Source: a virus (lineage: Duplodnaviria; Caudoviricetes). From it: a DNA stretch of 62,439 nucleotides. The notes below the pieces were generated by a model. It was not told the DNA's origin, ran no database searches, and saw nothing but the letters and a program-made list of their open reading frames with translations. Made by a program: the position numbers and the translations under genes. The stretch spans positions 1-62,439 of IMG/VR virus record IMGVR_UViG_3300006737_000032; one strand, 5' to 3'. Below are positions 9,099-18,200 of the stretch, piece after piece (position 1 is the stretch's first letter; the number at the start of each line of letters is the position of its first letter).

Positions 9099-9464
9099 TC
9101 AGAAGTCGTTCAGCATAATGTCATCGACAGCCTCCTGAACCTCGGCAATCGTTGCATCCATTGTCATCATGATGTTGGCTTGGAATCTCTCCGCTTCCTC
9201 CCCCTCGTTGAATACAACAATCGTCGGGACGACAACAATCTTGTGCTTCTTCTGAAGGTCTGGAGCAGTAGCAATGTCCACACGAGCAGTCTCGCAATCG
9301 TTCAGCTTCTCTATCCATGGTACACTGTTTTGGCTGTTAAAACTTGCGTTGAACTCTACAACGCAAATTCCTGATCCGCACACTTCTTTATCCTCTACAG
9401 CGGTCACATAGGTTGCCGCCCACAAGAAAGCAAAGGATGCAATTAGGGTTGATGCTAGTTTCAT
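9099..9464 (-). CDS. secreted thioredoxin-fold protein lacking canonical CXXC
   Basis: Signal peptide; VVEFNASFN, RVDIATAPDLQKKHKIVVVPTIVVFNEGEEAERF thioredoxin pattern. Confidence 0.7.
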   Translation of the reverse strand: MKLASTLIASFAFLWAATYVTAVEDKEVCGSGICVVEFNASFNSQNSVPWIEKLNDCETARVDIATAPDLQKKHKIVVVPTIVVFNEGEEAERFQANIMMTMDATIAEVQEAVDDIMLNDF

Positions 9465-9467
9465 GTC

Positions 9468-9755
9468 TCATTTGAGTTGATCTATTTTTTCTTCAATACG
9501 CTTGATGTCCTCTTTGATTTCCGTGACGTCTTCTTGAGTTGTCATGATGGTTTGACGAACAAGCTGATCTTTCATGTCAAACTCCATGCGGGTGATCTCG
9601 GGCTCGGAAGGTAAAGGCAGTTCCTTTGCCTCGGCAATGTCAGCCTGCAGTGCAAACCACATACCTACAATCGTCCCTATGCCAGCCGCTACCATCCCAA
9701 GCGTCTTGAGGTCGAGCGTTACTTTAGTGTCCTCTCCAATTTGTTGTGCCATCAC
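9468..9755 (-). CDS. single-TM coiled-coil membrane protein
   Basis: TM LGMVAAGIGTIVGMWFAL, C-terminal coiled coil. Confidence 0.65.
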   Translation of the reverse strand: MMAQQIGEDTKVTLDLKTLGMVAAGIGTIVGMWFALQADIAEAKELPLPSEPEITRMEFDMKDQLVRQTIMTTQEDVTEIKEDIKRIEEKIDQLK

Positions 9756-10798
9756 AATAGTATGTAGTTGATTCCTACAGAGAAGTCATGCCACTCTCTG
9801 TTCCAGTATCTGTTGTATTTCCCTTCGGTAAACACACCGAGGCTTTTTGTAATCTTCGTTCCAAACACAAGCCCAAACCCTAAATCTATCCACTGACTGC
9901 TGTTGACAAAGTTGTGGTATGAATACTCTCCGTCTGTGTCAAGGTGGTACGGCATCACGTTGCCCCATGAGTGCAGCCAAAAGTTTTTTTCGTAGTGGTA
10001 GAAATCAAAGCCCACAACCACCGAGTGCAGCCACTGGCCATCGAGCTCAGATCTTTTTTCAGATACATAGTCATCAAGAACCTGAGGGATGACCACCTGC
10101 TCCCATACTGCCTGATCATTGGCAACTACGACGCCGTCTGGCGAAAAGAATTCTCCTGTGTTTACATCAACACTGTACCCCTGCTCTAGAGCTAGGGCTG
10201 TGTAGTGAATCTGATTGTTTTCAAGAAGCCACTGTTGAAGTGGATCGTATCCATACGGTTGTGATATGCGCTGCACCACACCTGCATTCAGAGATAGCTT
10301 CTTACCAATCTTGACCCTTCCCCTTTGTGAAGCCTCAAAGTATCGAACATCAGCAAACCCATCTTGCAAGTATTCTGCCTTGACTATCCAGCTGTCTGCT
10401 ACATATCGGGCGAAGTAGTCTTGGTCCAAGAAGTTTTTGCCCTGCTGTCTTCTCCAGTCAGCTTCAGCAAGAAACTCAAACCCTGAGTACTTACCGACTG
10501 TCGCAGCGTCACCGTATGTTTTTTCTGTGCCGTCGTAAAAGATGTTGGCTCTGTTTTCGTATCCAAACCTTGCAATCTTCCTGACACCCAGCGTTAGTGA
10601 ATAATCAAACGGAGTCTCCACGACATCGGTCGTCAACGGACCAGTGGCAACAGAGAATACGTCTTGGTCAGATACTGAGTTGCCTCCATTTACAGCCGCG
10701 TAAAATGTGGCGCGTCTCAATACATTCTTGTAGAAGTCGCTTTGACCGTAAGAGAGCACTGGCAGAATCGCCAGCAAAAGTGTAATCAAACGATTCAT
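9752..10798 (-). CDS. putative outer-membrane beta-barrel protein
   Basis: Signal peptide MNRLITLLLAILPVLSYG-Q; alternating aromatic beta-strands; C-terminal FSVGINY. Confidence 0.65.
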   Translation of the reverse strand: MNRLITLLLAILPVLSYGQSDFYKNVLRRATFYAAVNGGNSVSDQDVFSVATGPLTTDVVETPFDYSLTLGVRKIARFGYENRANIFYDGTEKTYGDAATVGKYSGFEFLAEADWRRQQGKNFLDQDYFARYVADSWIVKAEYLQDGFADVRYFEASQRGRVKIGKKLSLNAGVVQRISQPYGYDPLQQWLLENNQIHYTALALEQGYSVDVNTGEFFSPDGVVVANDQAVWEQVVIPQVLDDYVSEKRSELDGQWLHSVVVGFDFYHYEKNFWLHSWGNVMPYHLDTDGEYSYHNFVNSSQWIDLGFGLVFGTKITKSLGVFTEGKYNRYWNREWHDFSVGINYILL

Positions 10799-13167
10799 TG
10801 TCTTACGATTCTTTCCTTTTTGATTCGGCCTTTGTAGTTGGCTACAATCGTATACACTCCAGGTGCTGGAAGCTCCACACTACTGGGCGACTCAACTAAG
10901 ATCTCGCGACCAACAGCGTCGAACGCTCTGACTATTGTCCCCACTGGGGCCTGAATGTTTACTACCCCACTAGTCGGGTTGGGGAAGAAGCGAAGCAATG
11001 ACCGCACAGCCATATCCACTGAAGTGACCCCGTCACCACAGTAGTCGTACATCTCCGCACACACCGCATCCCATGATGTCTCACAGCAGTACGGGTCAAC
11101 CTCAATCACCCAAGAGTAGCAGTAGTCATTAGCCCAGTACGGTTCTCCAGGTCCAGTGATGCATCCAGCGTCATACACACAATCGTCTGTTGGCGTGTTG
11201 GCCTCTTCATCATAGTTGTATGCGTCAATGTCCATGCACCCCTCGATCACATCTATGCATGATTCGATATCTACGTTAGCCTCTGGGTCATAGTTCAGCG
11301 CTTCAGGATCTGTGCATCCAAATACAGCTAGTGTGACGCAGCTTCCATCATCGTAGTCTGCTTCATATCCCTGTGTGTAGTACTCCAGATAGCCAGCTTG
11401 AGTACACCCAGCGTTGTAGTAACAGCTTCCGTCCTCTGTGTTTACGCTGGAGTCATAGTTCTGTGCGAGCTCATCTGTACACCCATACATAAACGGCACA
11501 CAGCTAGTCCCACAGTACGGCATGAAGCTGTATACATTCCACTCAGGATTCTTGAATGGCTGCAGTGCCCCTTGACCGTTGTCAAAGAATGGATTAAGCC
11601 CCTCTACCATCAGCGTGTCTCCAGCTTCATTAGTTATCAAGATGGAGTTGTGAAGTGTTTGAAACTCAGTCTCTTGTGGAGGCTGTTGTGGGCTGCCTAT
11701 CTCGAAGTAGTATACGTCTACCTTTTCGTCAGAGTCAAGCACTAAGTCCCATGATTGAGAAAACTCTCCAGGACCCATGCTAAATATCCATTGCAAATCA
11801 CCTTGCTTCACGCCTATGTGTGAGTTGCCCCAGCCGTCTCCAGCAGCATCACCAATTCGAATTGTTGTAACACAGGGACTGTTTAGATCTGAGATCGTAG
11901 CAGTTGAGTCGTAGTTAAATGACTCTGGGTCCATACATCCCCACGTATGCAGCGTAAGACAGTCGTCTGGTTCTGTCGCTTCTGGGTTGTAGTCAACGTA
12001 GTCGTCATCCATGCACCCTACTATGACGCTGTCGGGGGCACACGGCTCTACAAACACAGCCCCAGAGTAATGTACGTTGCCATCATTGTCGGAGTAGGCG
12101 AGGTCCTCCAACTCCCAAACAACCTCTTCGTCACACGCAGTGATAACGACGCCTCCGTCTTGACCTCCGCTTGCTGATCCGTTAAGACCGTCTCCGTATG
12201 TGTCCGTCAGGATAAGCTCAAAGCCTAGCGCAACGCAAAAGTCATACGTATACGTGGCCAGCTGATCTCCAAAGTTAAATCCACCAGGAAGCACCTGTTC
12301 ATAGAACTGGCCAACAGCTAGATCAACAAGCGTAAACCCAGTTTCATTGGGCCAGTTGTCTAGTGTTAGCTCCATAGACACAAAGGCTTGCCCCTCTGGG
12401 CATTCGCTTACGTTGCAGCTTCCGTCATCGGTAGTTGCCCATGGATTGTAGTTGTTGGACGAATCGTCCATGCAGCCAGGTATAGGAAACTGACATGGAT
12501 CAAGAATGAATGGAACTGTGATTTGCTCTGTATTAAAATCAAAGACAGATATATCAAGTCCGCAGTCATTGCTCAAGCCAAACCACCCCTCACCAAACTG
12601 ACAGCATATTCCATCACCAAAGGCATCATTCACCACAAGGTTGTACTCACCAGAGGGAAGGGGTATTGTTTGTTGTGTGTATGTTGAGTCTTGATATGGG
12701 CCCCCAGATGCGTATGGGTCATCAGATCCAACCATGTATATGTCCCATGTGCTTTCTCCCCCGTATGCATCAGACTGAAACTCTAGGGTCACCCAGCTGG
12801 GCTGTGCTGCGGCAGCCATACCCAACATCATGAGCACTGCCGTCGCTGTGTTTTTGATTACTCGCATGCCATTCTCTGCTCTTCTCTCTGCTCTTCTGGT
12901 CTTTCTTCTGTTTTTTCTGACAATCTTATTGGCTTGCCTTTTCTTGTATCGAGACACCCTACCCTTCTCTCTTTTCTCTTTTGCAGCCCTAGCTCTTTCT
13001 GAGGGAGACAGCTCACTCCAAGTTGCGGGTGTGTCTTTTGACACACGAACAGTAGGGCGGAAGGTTCTGTCCCCTCCGCTATAGCCTTTTTTGCCTCTTG
13101 GCGTTCTCCATTTTTCTTTGAACCAACGCTTGAGAGCCAGACCTTTTGCTGTCTTGCGTACAGCCAT
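10795..13167 (-). CDS. T9SS (Por) C-terminal sorting domain protein with GC(T/M)D repeats and a basic N-terminal extension
   Basis: FFPNPTSGVVNI..FDAVGR..PGVYTI..ERIVRQ type A CTD; many GCxDxxAxNY repeats; internal signal peptide from Met at 12867. Confidence 0.8.
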   Translation of the reverse strand: MAVRKTAKGLALKRWFKEKWRTPRGKKGYSGGDRTFRPTVRVSKDTPATWSELSPSERARAAKEKREKGRVSRYKKRQANKIVRKNRRKTRRAERRAENGMRVIKNTATAVLMMLGMAAAAQPSWVTLEFQSDAYGGESTWDIYMVGSDDPYASGGPYQDSTYTQQTIPLPSGEYNLVVNDAFGDGICCQFGEGWFGLSNDCGLDISVFDFNTEQITVPFILDPCQFPIPGCMDDSSNNYNPWATTDDGSCNVSECPEGQAFVSMELTLDNWPNETGFTLVDLAVGQFYEQVLPGGFNFGDQLATYTYDFCVALGFELILTDTYGDGLNGSASGGQDGGVVITACDEEVVWELEDLAYSDNDGNVHYSGAVFVEPCAPDSVIVGCMDDDYVDYNPEATEPDDCLTLHTWGCMDPESFNYDSTATISDLNSPCVTTIRIGDAAGDGWGNSHIGVKQGDLQWIFSMGPGEFSQSWDLVLDSDEKVDVYYFEIGSPQQPPQETEFQTLHNSILITNEAGDTLMVEGLNPFFDNGQGALQPFKNPEWNVYSFMPYCGTSCVPFMYGCTDELAQNYDSSVNTEDGSCYYNAGCTQAGYLEYYTQGYEADYDDGSCVTLAVFGCTDPEALNYDPEANVDIESCIDVIEGCMDIDAYNYDEEANTPTDDCVYDAGCITGPGEPYWANDYCYSWVIEVDPYCCETSWDAVCAEMYDYCGDGVTSVDMAVRSLLRFFPNPTSGVVNIQAPVGTIVRAFDAVGREILVESPSSVELPAPGVYTIVANYKGRIKKERIVRQ

Positions 13168-13427
13168 TACTTCTTGCTCTTGCCGTAATTAGCTGCGCCC
13201 ATTTTTCTGCACTTAGCGATCCTACCACTAGCATATGCGCTTGGGAATACTTTCTCTCCAGCCTTGACTTTGTGGTAGCACGCGTCTTTTTTGGTTTTGA
13301 CCTTACCTCCCTTCTTGTATTTTGGAACGGCGCCCCCGTCTTTCATGTAGCCCATCTTGTTTCGGACGTCTTTTGAAAGCTTCTTCAGGCCTACCTGATC
13401 GCCTGTTGGTTCTTTTAGTGACTTCAT
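13167..13427 (-). CDS. small basic phage protein
   Basis: KDACYHKVK..FPSAYASGRIAKCRKMG; very Lys-rich. Confidence 0.7.
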   Translation of the reverse strand: MKSLKEPTGDQVGLKKLSKDVRNKMGYMKDGGAVPKYKKGGKVKTKKDACYHKVKAGEKVFPSAYASGRIAKCRKMGAANYGKSKK

Positions 13428-13681
13428 GATTTCGGGTGGTTTGCTTGCTTAAATTTTGCTTGCTTAACCGCCCCTGGATGAGGCTTGTAGTCACCCTTCA
13501 TCAAGTAGTATCTACCCTGTTCTTCCATCCAATGAAAACCTTTTGGTGGGTCTACCATAACAGACTTGTTTGAGATAGAAAGCTTTGGAGCCTTTCCTCC
13601 TTTCTTAAGAACCTTCATGCCCTTTTGAGTCTTGGGTGGTCTTCCTACTTGATCTCCATATGTACCTTTTCCTTGTGGCAT
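13424..13681 (-). CDS. small basic phage protein
   Basis: Likely start MPQGKGTYGDQVGRPPK; Lys-rich. Confidence 0.65.
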   Translation of the reverse strand: MPQGKGTYGDQVGRPPKTQKGMKVLKKGGKAPKLSISNKSVMVDPPKGFHWMEEQGRYYLMKGDYKPHPGAVKQAKFKQANHPKS

Positions 13682-13691
13682 ATTTTTTATT

Positions 13692-13997
13692 TTAACAGTT
13701 CCACTTTCTAAGCGCCTTGTTGATACGAGAGTTTGGATCTCTCGCAGTCTTTGCACTGGTTAATCTTTTCTTCATGCCTTTCATTCTGGCGCAGAAAGAC
13801 TTCCGTCTTTTGGCTGACTTGCTGCCCTTCTTGAGCTTTGATGGCTTAGTGGTTACAGCAGTCTTGAGCTTGCTACCAGGATTGGCTGCTCTATATCTTC
13901 TTACACCCTTGGCGGTCAAACCTCCAGATGCAGACTTGTCTCCGCTTTTGACGGAGAACTTCTTGGGCATCCTTCCTTTTTTCTTGACCTTAGGCAT
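13692..13997 (-). CDS. small basic phage protein (DUF6321-like)
   Basis: GGLTAKG..NPGSKLK..RRKSFCARMKG..DPNSRINKALRKWNC. Confidence 0.75.
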   Translation of the reverse strand: MPKVKKKGRMPKKFSVKSGDKSASGGLTAKGVRRYRAANPGSKLKTAVTTKPSKLKKGSKSAKRRKSFCARMKGMKKRLTSAKTARDPNSRINKALRKWNC

Positions 13998-14814
13998 ATG
14001 TCTTTACTGTTCTGTACGGCATAGCAGCTCTGCCGCCATGCTCGTTCATCCTTGGGTTTGGTTTTCCAGAGATCTTCTTGCTGGTAAGCGGTTTGATCAG
14101 GTCGTTGTAGACAGCATTGAACATTGGCTTGTTCGTATCATACAACTCCTTCAGGGTTGGCCCTAACTTCTTGGCAATCGTATCCCCATCCTTCAGTAGC
14201 ACGTCGTCGATACGGGTCTGTGTAAAGATCTTGTCAACAGCCTCCTGAAAAATCTTGACAGCCTTCTGTTCTTCTATGACACCATCCGCCAGAGCTTTAT
14301 CAAGCTTTCCTTGAAGATTCAGTATAGCCTGACTCTCTTCTTTGCTTGCATTCTGTATAGCTCGTTGGGCTTGAGTTTGAAGTTTACTCTTCTCAATTCT
14401 ACCCTTCAAGGCCCTTATGGCTGGATCAGATGCCTTTCTTGCAGCCTTCGCTGCAGGGTTATCGGACTTAACAAACATCGCCATCTCGTCTTCAGGGATG
14501 CCCATCTTTCTCAGCTCCGCCAAGTCAGCGGCGTCTACGCCTTGCTTTGCCAGAGCACCAAGAGAGTCGTCGGACTTTGATGTTAGGATTCTTTTCATCG
14601 CTTCAATGCCAGCCTTTCCGCCCCTGTATCCGAGTCTAGTAAGCTCACCCACACCCACAGCATCGAGCAAAAGGTCGGGGCGCATGGTGACGGGCCCGTC
14701 TTCAAAACCGTAGAGCTGCATAGATGGGCTCAGGTTAGACGGTGCCAGCCTAGGTTCAGCAACAGCCTCGGGAGGATGCGTGCCGCCGTGTGGATATCGT
14801 CTGACAGACTTCAT
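13990..14814 (-). CDS. hypothetical, possible virion cargo protein
   Basis: 274-aa helical ORF with YPHGG and NEHGG motifs. Confidence 0.65.
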   Translation of the reverse strand: MKSVRRYPHGGTHPPEAVAEPRLAPSNLSPSMQLYGFEDGPVTMRPDLLLDAVGVGELTRLGYRGGKAGIEAMKRILTSKSDDSLGALAKQGVDAADLAELRKMGIPEDEMAMFVKSDNPAAKAARKASDPAIRALKGRIEKSKLQTQAQRAIQNASKEESQAILNLQGKLDKALADGVIEEQKAVKIFQEAVDKIFTQTRIDDVLLKDGDTIAKKLGPTLKELYDTNKPMFNAVYNDLIKPLTSKKISGKPNPRMNEHGGRAAMPYRTVKTYA

Positions 14815-15248
14815 TTTCTAGATTTCTCGATGGTGCGACCAGCAAAGTATGCACCAAATGATGTTAGCATTAGTATCTCTAACAAAGATACGTAACTATC
14901 TTTTACGTTAAATGGCCATGCATCCATGCTGTCGGCCACCATCGTTGCCATGAACATTGTCATCAGAGCGATAAGAGTAAGGGGCCTGATAAGCTTTGCC
15001 AGCTTGACATCGCTACCCATGTCCGCCTTCCATCTTTCGCTGACGTTGTTCTGAAACTGAACCTCTGCATCAAGCATCGCCTTGGCTTCTGCTGGATCAA
15101 CGTTTGGCTCTTTGTCTAGTAGATTTTTTACTACTCCAAGTCCACCGCTGTCGGGCAGTAAGTCAGCTACAACGCCCAGTACACCTGGGGCCTTGTCTTT
15201 TAGCCATCCGCCAAGCTTGGTGTCTTTGATCTTTTTTTTATCACTCAT
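14811..15248 (-). CDS. holin (3TM/GTA-holin-like)
   Basis: Start MSDKKKIKD; RWKADM.SD..LAKLIRPLTL, TM segments, GAYFAGRTIEK. Confidence 0.7.
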   Translation of the reverse strand: MSDKKKIKDTKLGGWLKDKAPGVLGVVADLLPDSGGLGVVKNLLDKEPNVDPAEAKAMLDAEVQFQNNVSERWKADMGSDVKLAKLIRPLTLIALMTMFMATMVADSMDAWPFNVKDSYVSLLEILMLTSFGAYFAGRTIEKSRK

Positions 15249-18200
15249 TTGATTCTGGTATTGGGTCTCCACCGCGTTCTGACATGTCGAGGATTGCCCG
15301 TGTTTGTTCTTCTGTAAGGTTTCTTCTTCTGCACTCTGCAACGATGAGACGGACAAGCTCTAGATTAAACGCCGCAGCATTTTTCATGATTGTTACCGAT
15401 TGCTCTACTTTCTCGTCCATCGACAAAGACTTATACCAGGTCTCTCTTTCCACCATGGCGTCAACCTGTTTGTCGGTAAGCTGTGATGGGGGCAGGTATA
15501 CATTTGCGATATACGAAGTAGATGCGTCATCACTCAGGCCAGCGGCTTCGTGCATAGCGGTGATCTCGCCCACATTCAAGTCCAATCGGACCGTCATGTT
15601 CGTAACGTCTTGGCCCTTGGAGTGGTTCCTGTTGTGGATCTCCATGTAGTCTTGAGCTGCAGTCGCTATCTTCTTTGGGTCTCCAAGCTCTGGTTGCTTG
15701 GTGAACGGAGAGAATGATCTGTATTTGACTTGGTTCGCATACTCGTTCCACTCTTTTGTCTTGTTGGCACCAGCAACATCTACTGGCAGGTACGTGACTC
15801 TGAATCCAAGCAGACCGTATACGGCGTCTTCGAGCGTGTACTCTTTGTATCTGGTCTTTGGAGGGAAGTACTCGTAGAACTGATCCATGGCATTCTCCAA
15901 CGGGTGTCCGTTCGGAAGCTCTTCGTCACCAGACACAAGCTTAAAGACCTCTTCCACAGCCCCAGCTCTTAAGAATTCTGTTACGTTTCCAACAAATCCA
16001 GGTGCGACCTTCTTGAGGAATTGAACAAACACCTTGTCGGGTTGACGTATAGCTGCAGAAAGGGGTGACTCCCCAGGCTCAGTGTCTACAATTGACATGC
16101 CTCCCTCTTGTGTGTTTTGATAGAGCTCCTGAAGGAACCCAAACGTCACATCGCTAGAGAAGAACGGTGACCCAGCCTCCCACAAAGCAGACTGCAGTTT
16201 ATCTTGGAAGTTTACATCGTCAGGGTCCATGCCCATTACTGCCTTCAACGGCTTGAGAATAGCCTCGTGGGGTAGCATATAGGACATGTCCATGAAGTAT
16301 GGTGATCCATTCTCCACCCCCAAGTAAAACAGGTTAGATAGCTTCTGCCACTCTGGTCCAAGACTTCTTACTGCCTCATCGTCTTGATCTGTGAACCCGA
16401 GTCTGTCTTTGCTTTCTTCAGCAAGAGCATAAGCACTAACAAGAGACGCGGTGAGTCCCGCTGCCCTTCTCATAGCCATGCCTGTTCTTCCCGCTTGAAA
16501 GTCTTCAGCAATAAATTTGAATTGGTTGGTGGTTGTGCGCCACATCTCGTATGGGAATGACACAAAGGAACCAGCCAGTGGAAATCTTCTCAACTCTTTT
16601 GTGCCCCTAGAGATCTTGCTGTATGTGGGGTAGCCGTCCCTCACTCTCTGCGCAGCCTTGGCTTCTGCCTCTGCTACCGACATGCCCGAATCAAGAAACG
16701 CTTTGCGCTCTTGATAGTATCCATTGACCTTGTAGAAGTCATCACCAAATGCATACAGCTTCTGAGCGGTCTCCATCACCCTGTTGCCTTTCAGGATTCT
16801 GTTGACGTCGCCGCCCATGCTATCATTCAAGGTCTCCATGAGCTCTCGTGCATTTGCACCATCATTCAACACGCCAAGCTCAATGAGTTTTCTTACTTCA
16901 ACCCTGTATGTTTGATTTCTCTTAAACTTTCCATGCACCCCCCAAGCCATCTGCATGGCATCAAGGGTTGCCATTGGGTTTCTGGCAAAAGGAATGTGGC
17001 CGTTTGCAGCTGACAAGCCTAGCCCACTGATCAAGTTTCTTGCAGTGGTGGTTGGAGCCAGCACTGTTTTACCAACCTTGACGGCTGCGGACGCCTGAAC
17101 GAGCGTCTTGTATAAACCATCGTCGAGCGACTTGAGTGGCATTAGGTTGTCGAATGCCGTCTTAAAGTTCTGTGGTACGTATAGGTCAGCCAGTGGCAAC
17201 CAAGCCTCTGACGTAGGCGACAGCTTCACCATCTTTCCATTTGGTGAGTCCATCCCCTCAAACTCTACGCCCATGCGAGCCATCCCAGAGTCTCTAAGAA
17301 TCAACGACATTTCTGTTTGCCACCTTGCATTTGACAAGTACGAGTTCAGCTTTGACGCTGTTGTCACGTAGGCATTCATTGGGTCTTTGATCTTACCTAG
17401 CAAATCTTCAATCGGCTTGGGTAAATCTTTCTTAGCCTTCAAGAACGGTGCGTCCATAGCCCCCATCATGCTGAAGCCTCCGCCTCCATTTCTCTGGTTC
17501 TTTAGACCTATGAGATATGCGTTGAGCTCTCTCCGCGCCAGTTTTTGACGCTCCGCCTTTGTAAGCGGCACATCACCAAACGGCTGATCATATCTCTCTG
17601 CGATGTAGTCGATCGCGTTCTTGTATATCTTCTGAATGTCTGGGGGCATGGCATCATATCCACCCTCCTGTGTTAACAAGTCAAGTCTTCTGCCCCCATC
17701 GTTGAACAGTTCATACGATGTGGTCAAATATCTACCTTTGTTTGATCTGATCTTTTCGATCAGCTCTGCTCTTGCCTTTGCTTGTTCTGGCGTGCCCAAT
17801 GGCTGTTTCTCAAGCGTAGCAATAAGAGACTCCGACAAGCCGTCAATCTGCTCCCTAAAGAACGTAAGCTGTTCTTTGGAGTCCGCGCTAAGGTTGTTGA
17901 GCCTTGGGTCGTCCATTTTGATCTTGCCCTCCAGAGCTTCCAGCATCGCTGCCTGAGTGTCCTTGAGCATAGCTCCCTTGATTCTGATTCCGCCAGGTCC
18001 ACGGCGCACCTGTCTAAGCAGGTTTCTCCAAGACCGAGCATCAAACGATACCTCATTTATCCATGCAGAAGCAAGGCGCTCTCTGCTTCGGACGACCTCT
18101 TCAATCTCTGGGTTTTTGATTCCGCCGTTGCTCTTGAACCATTTGTTCCAAACGTTTTTGGCCTTCTGGCCGAACCTCTTGACAGTGGCGGACCTTTTGT

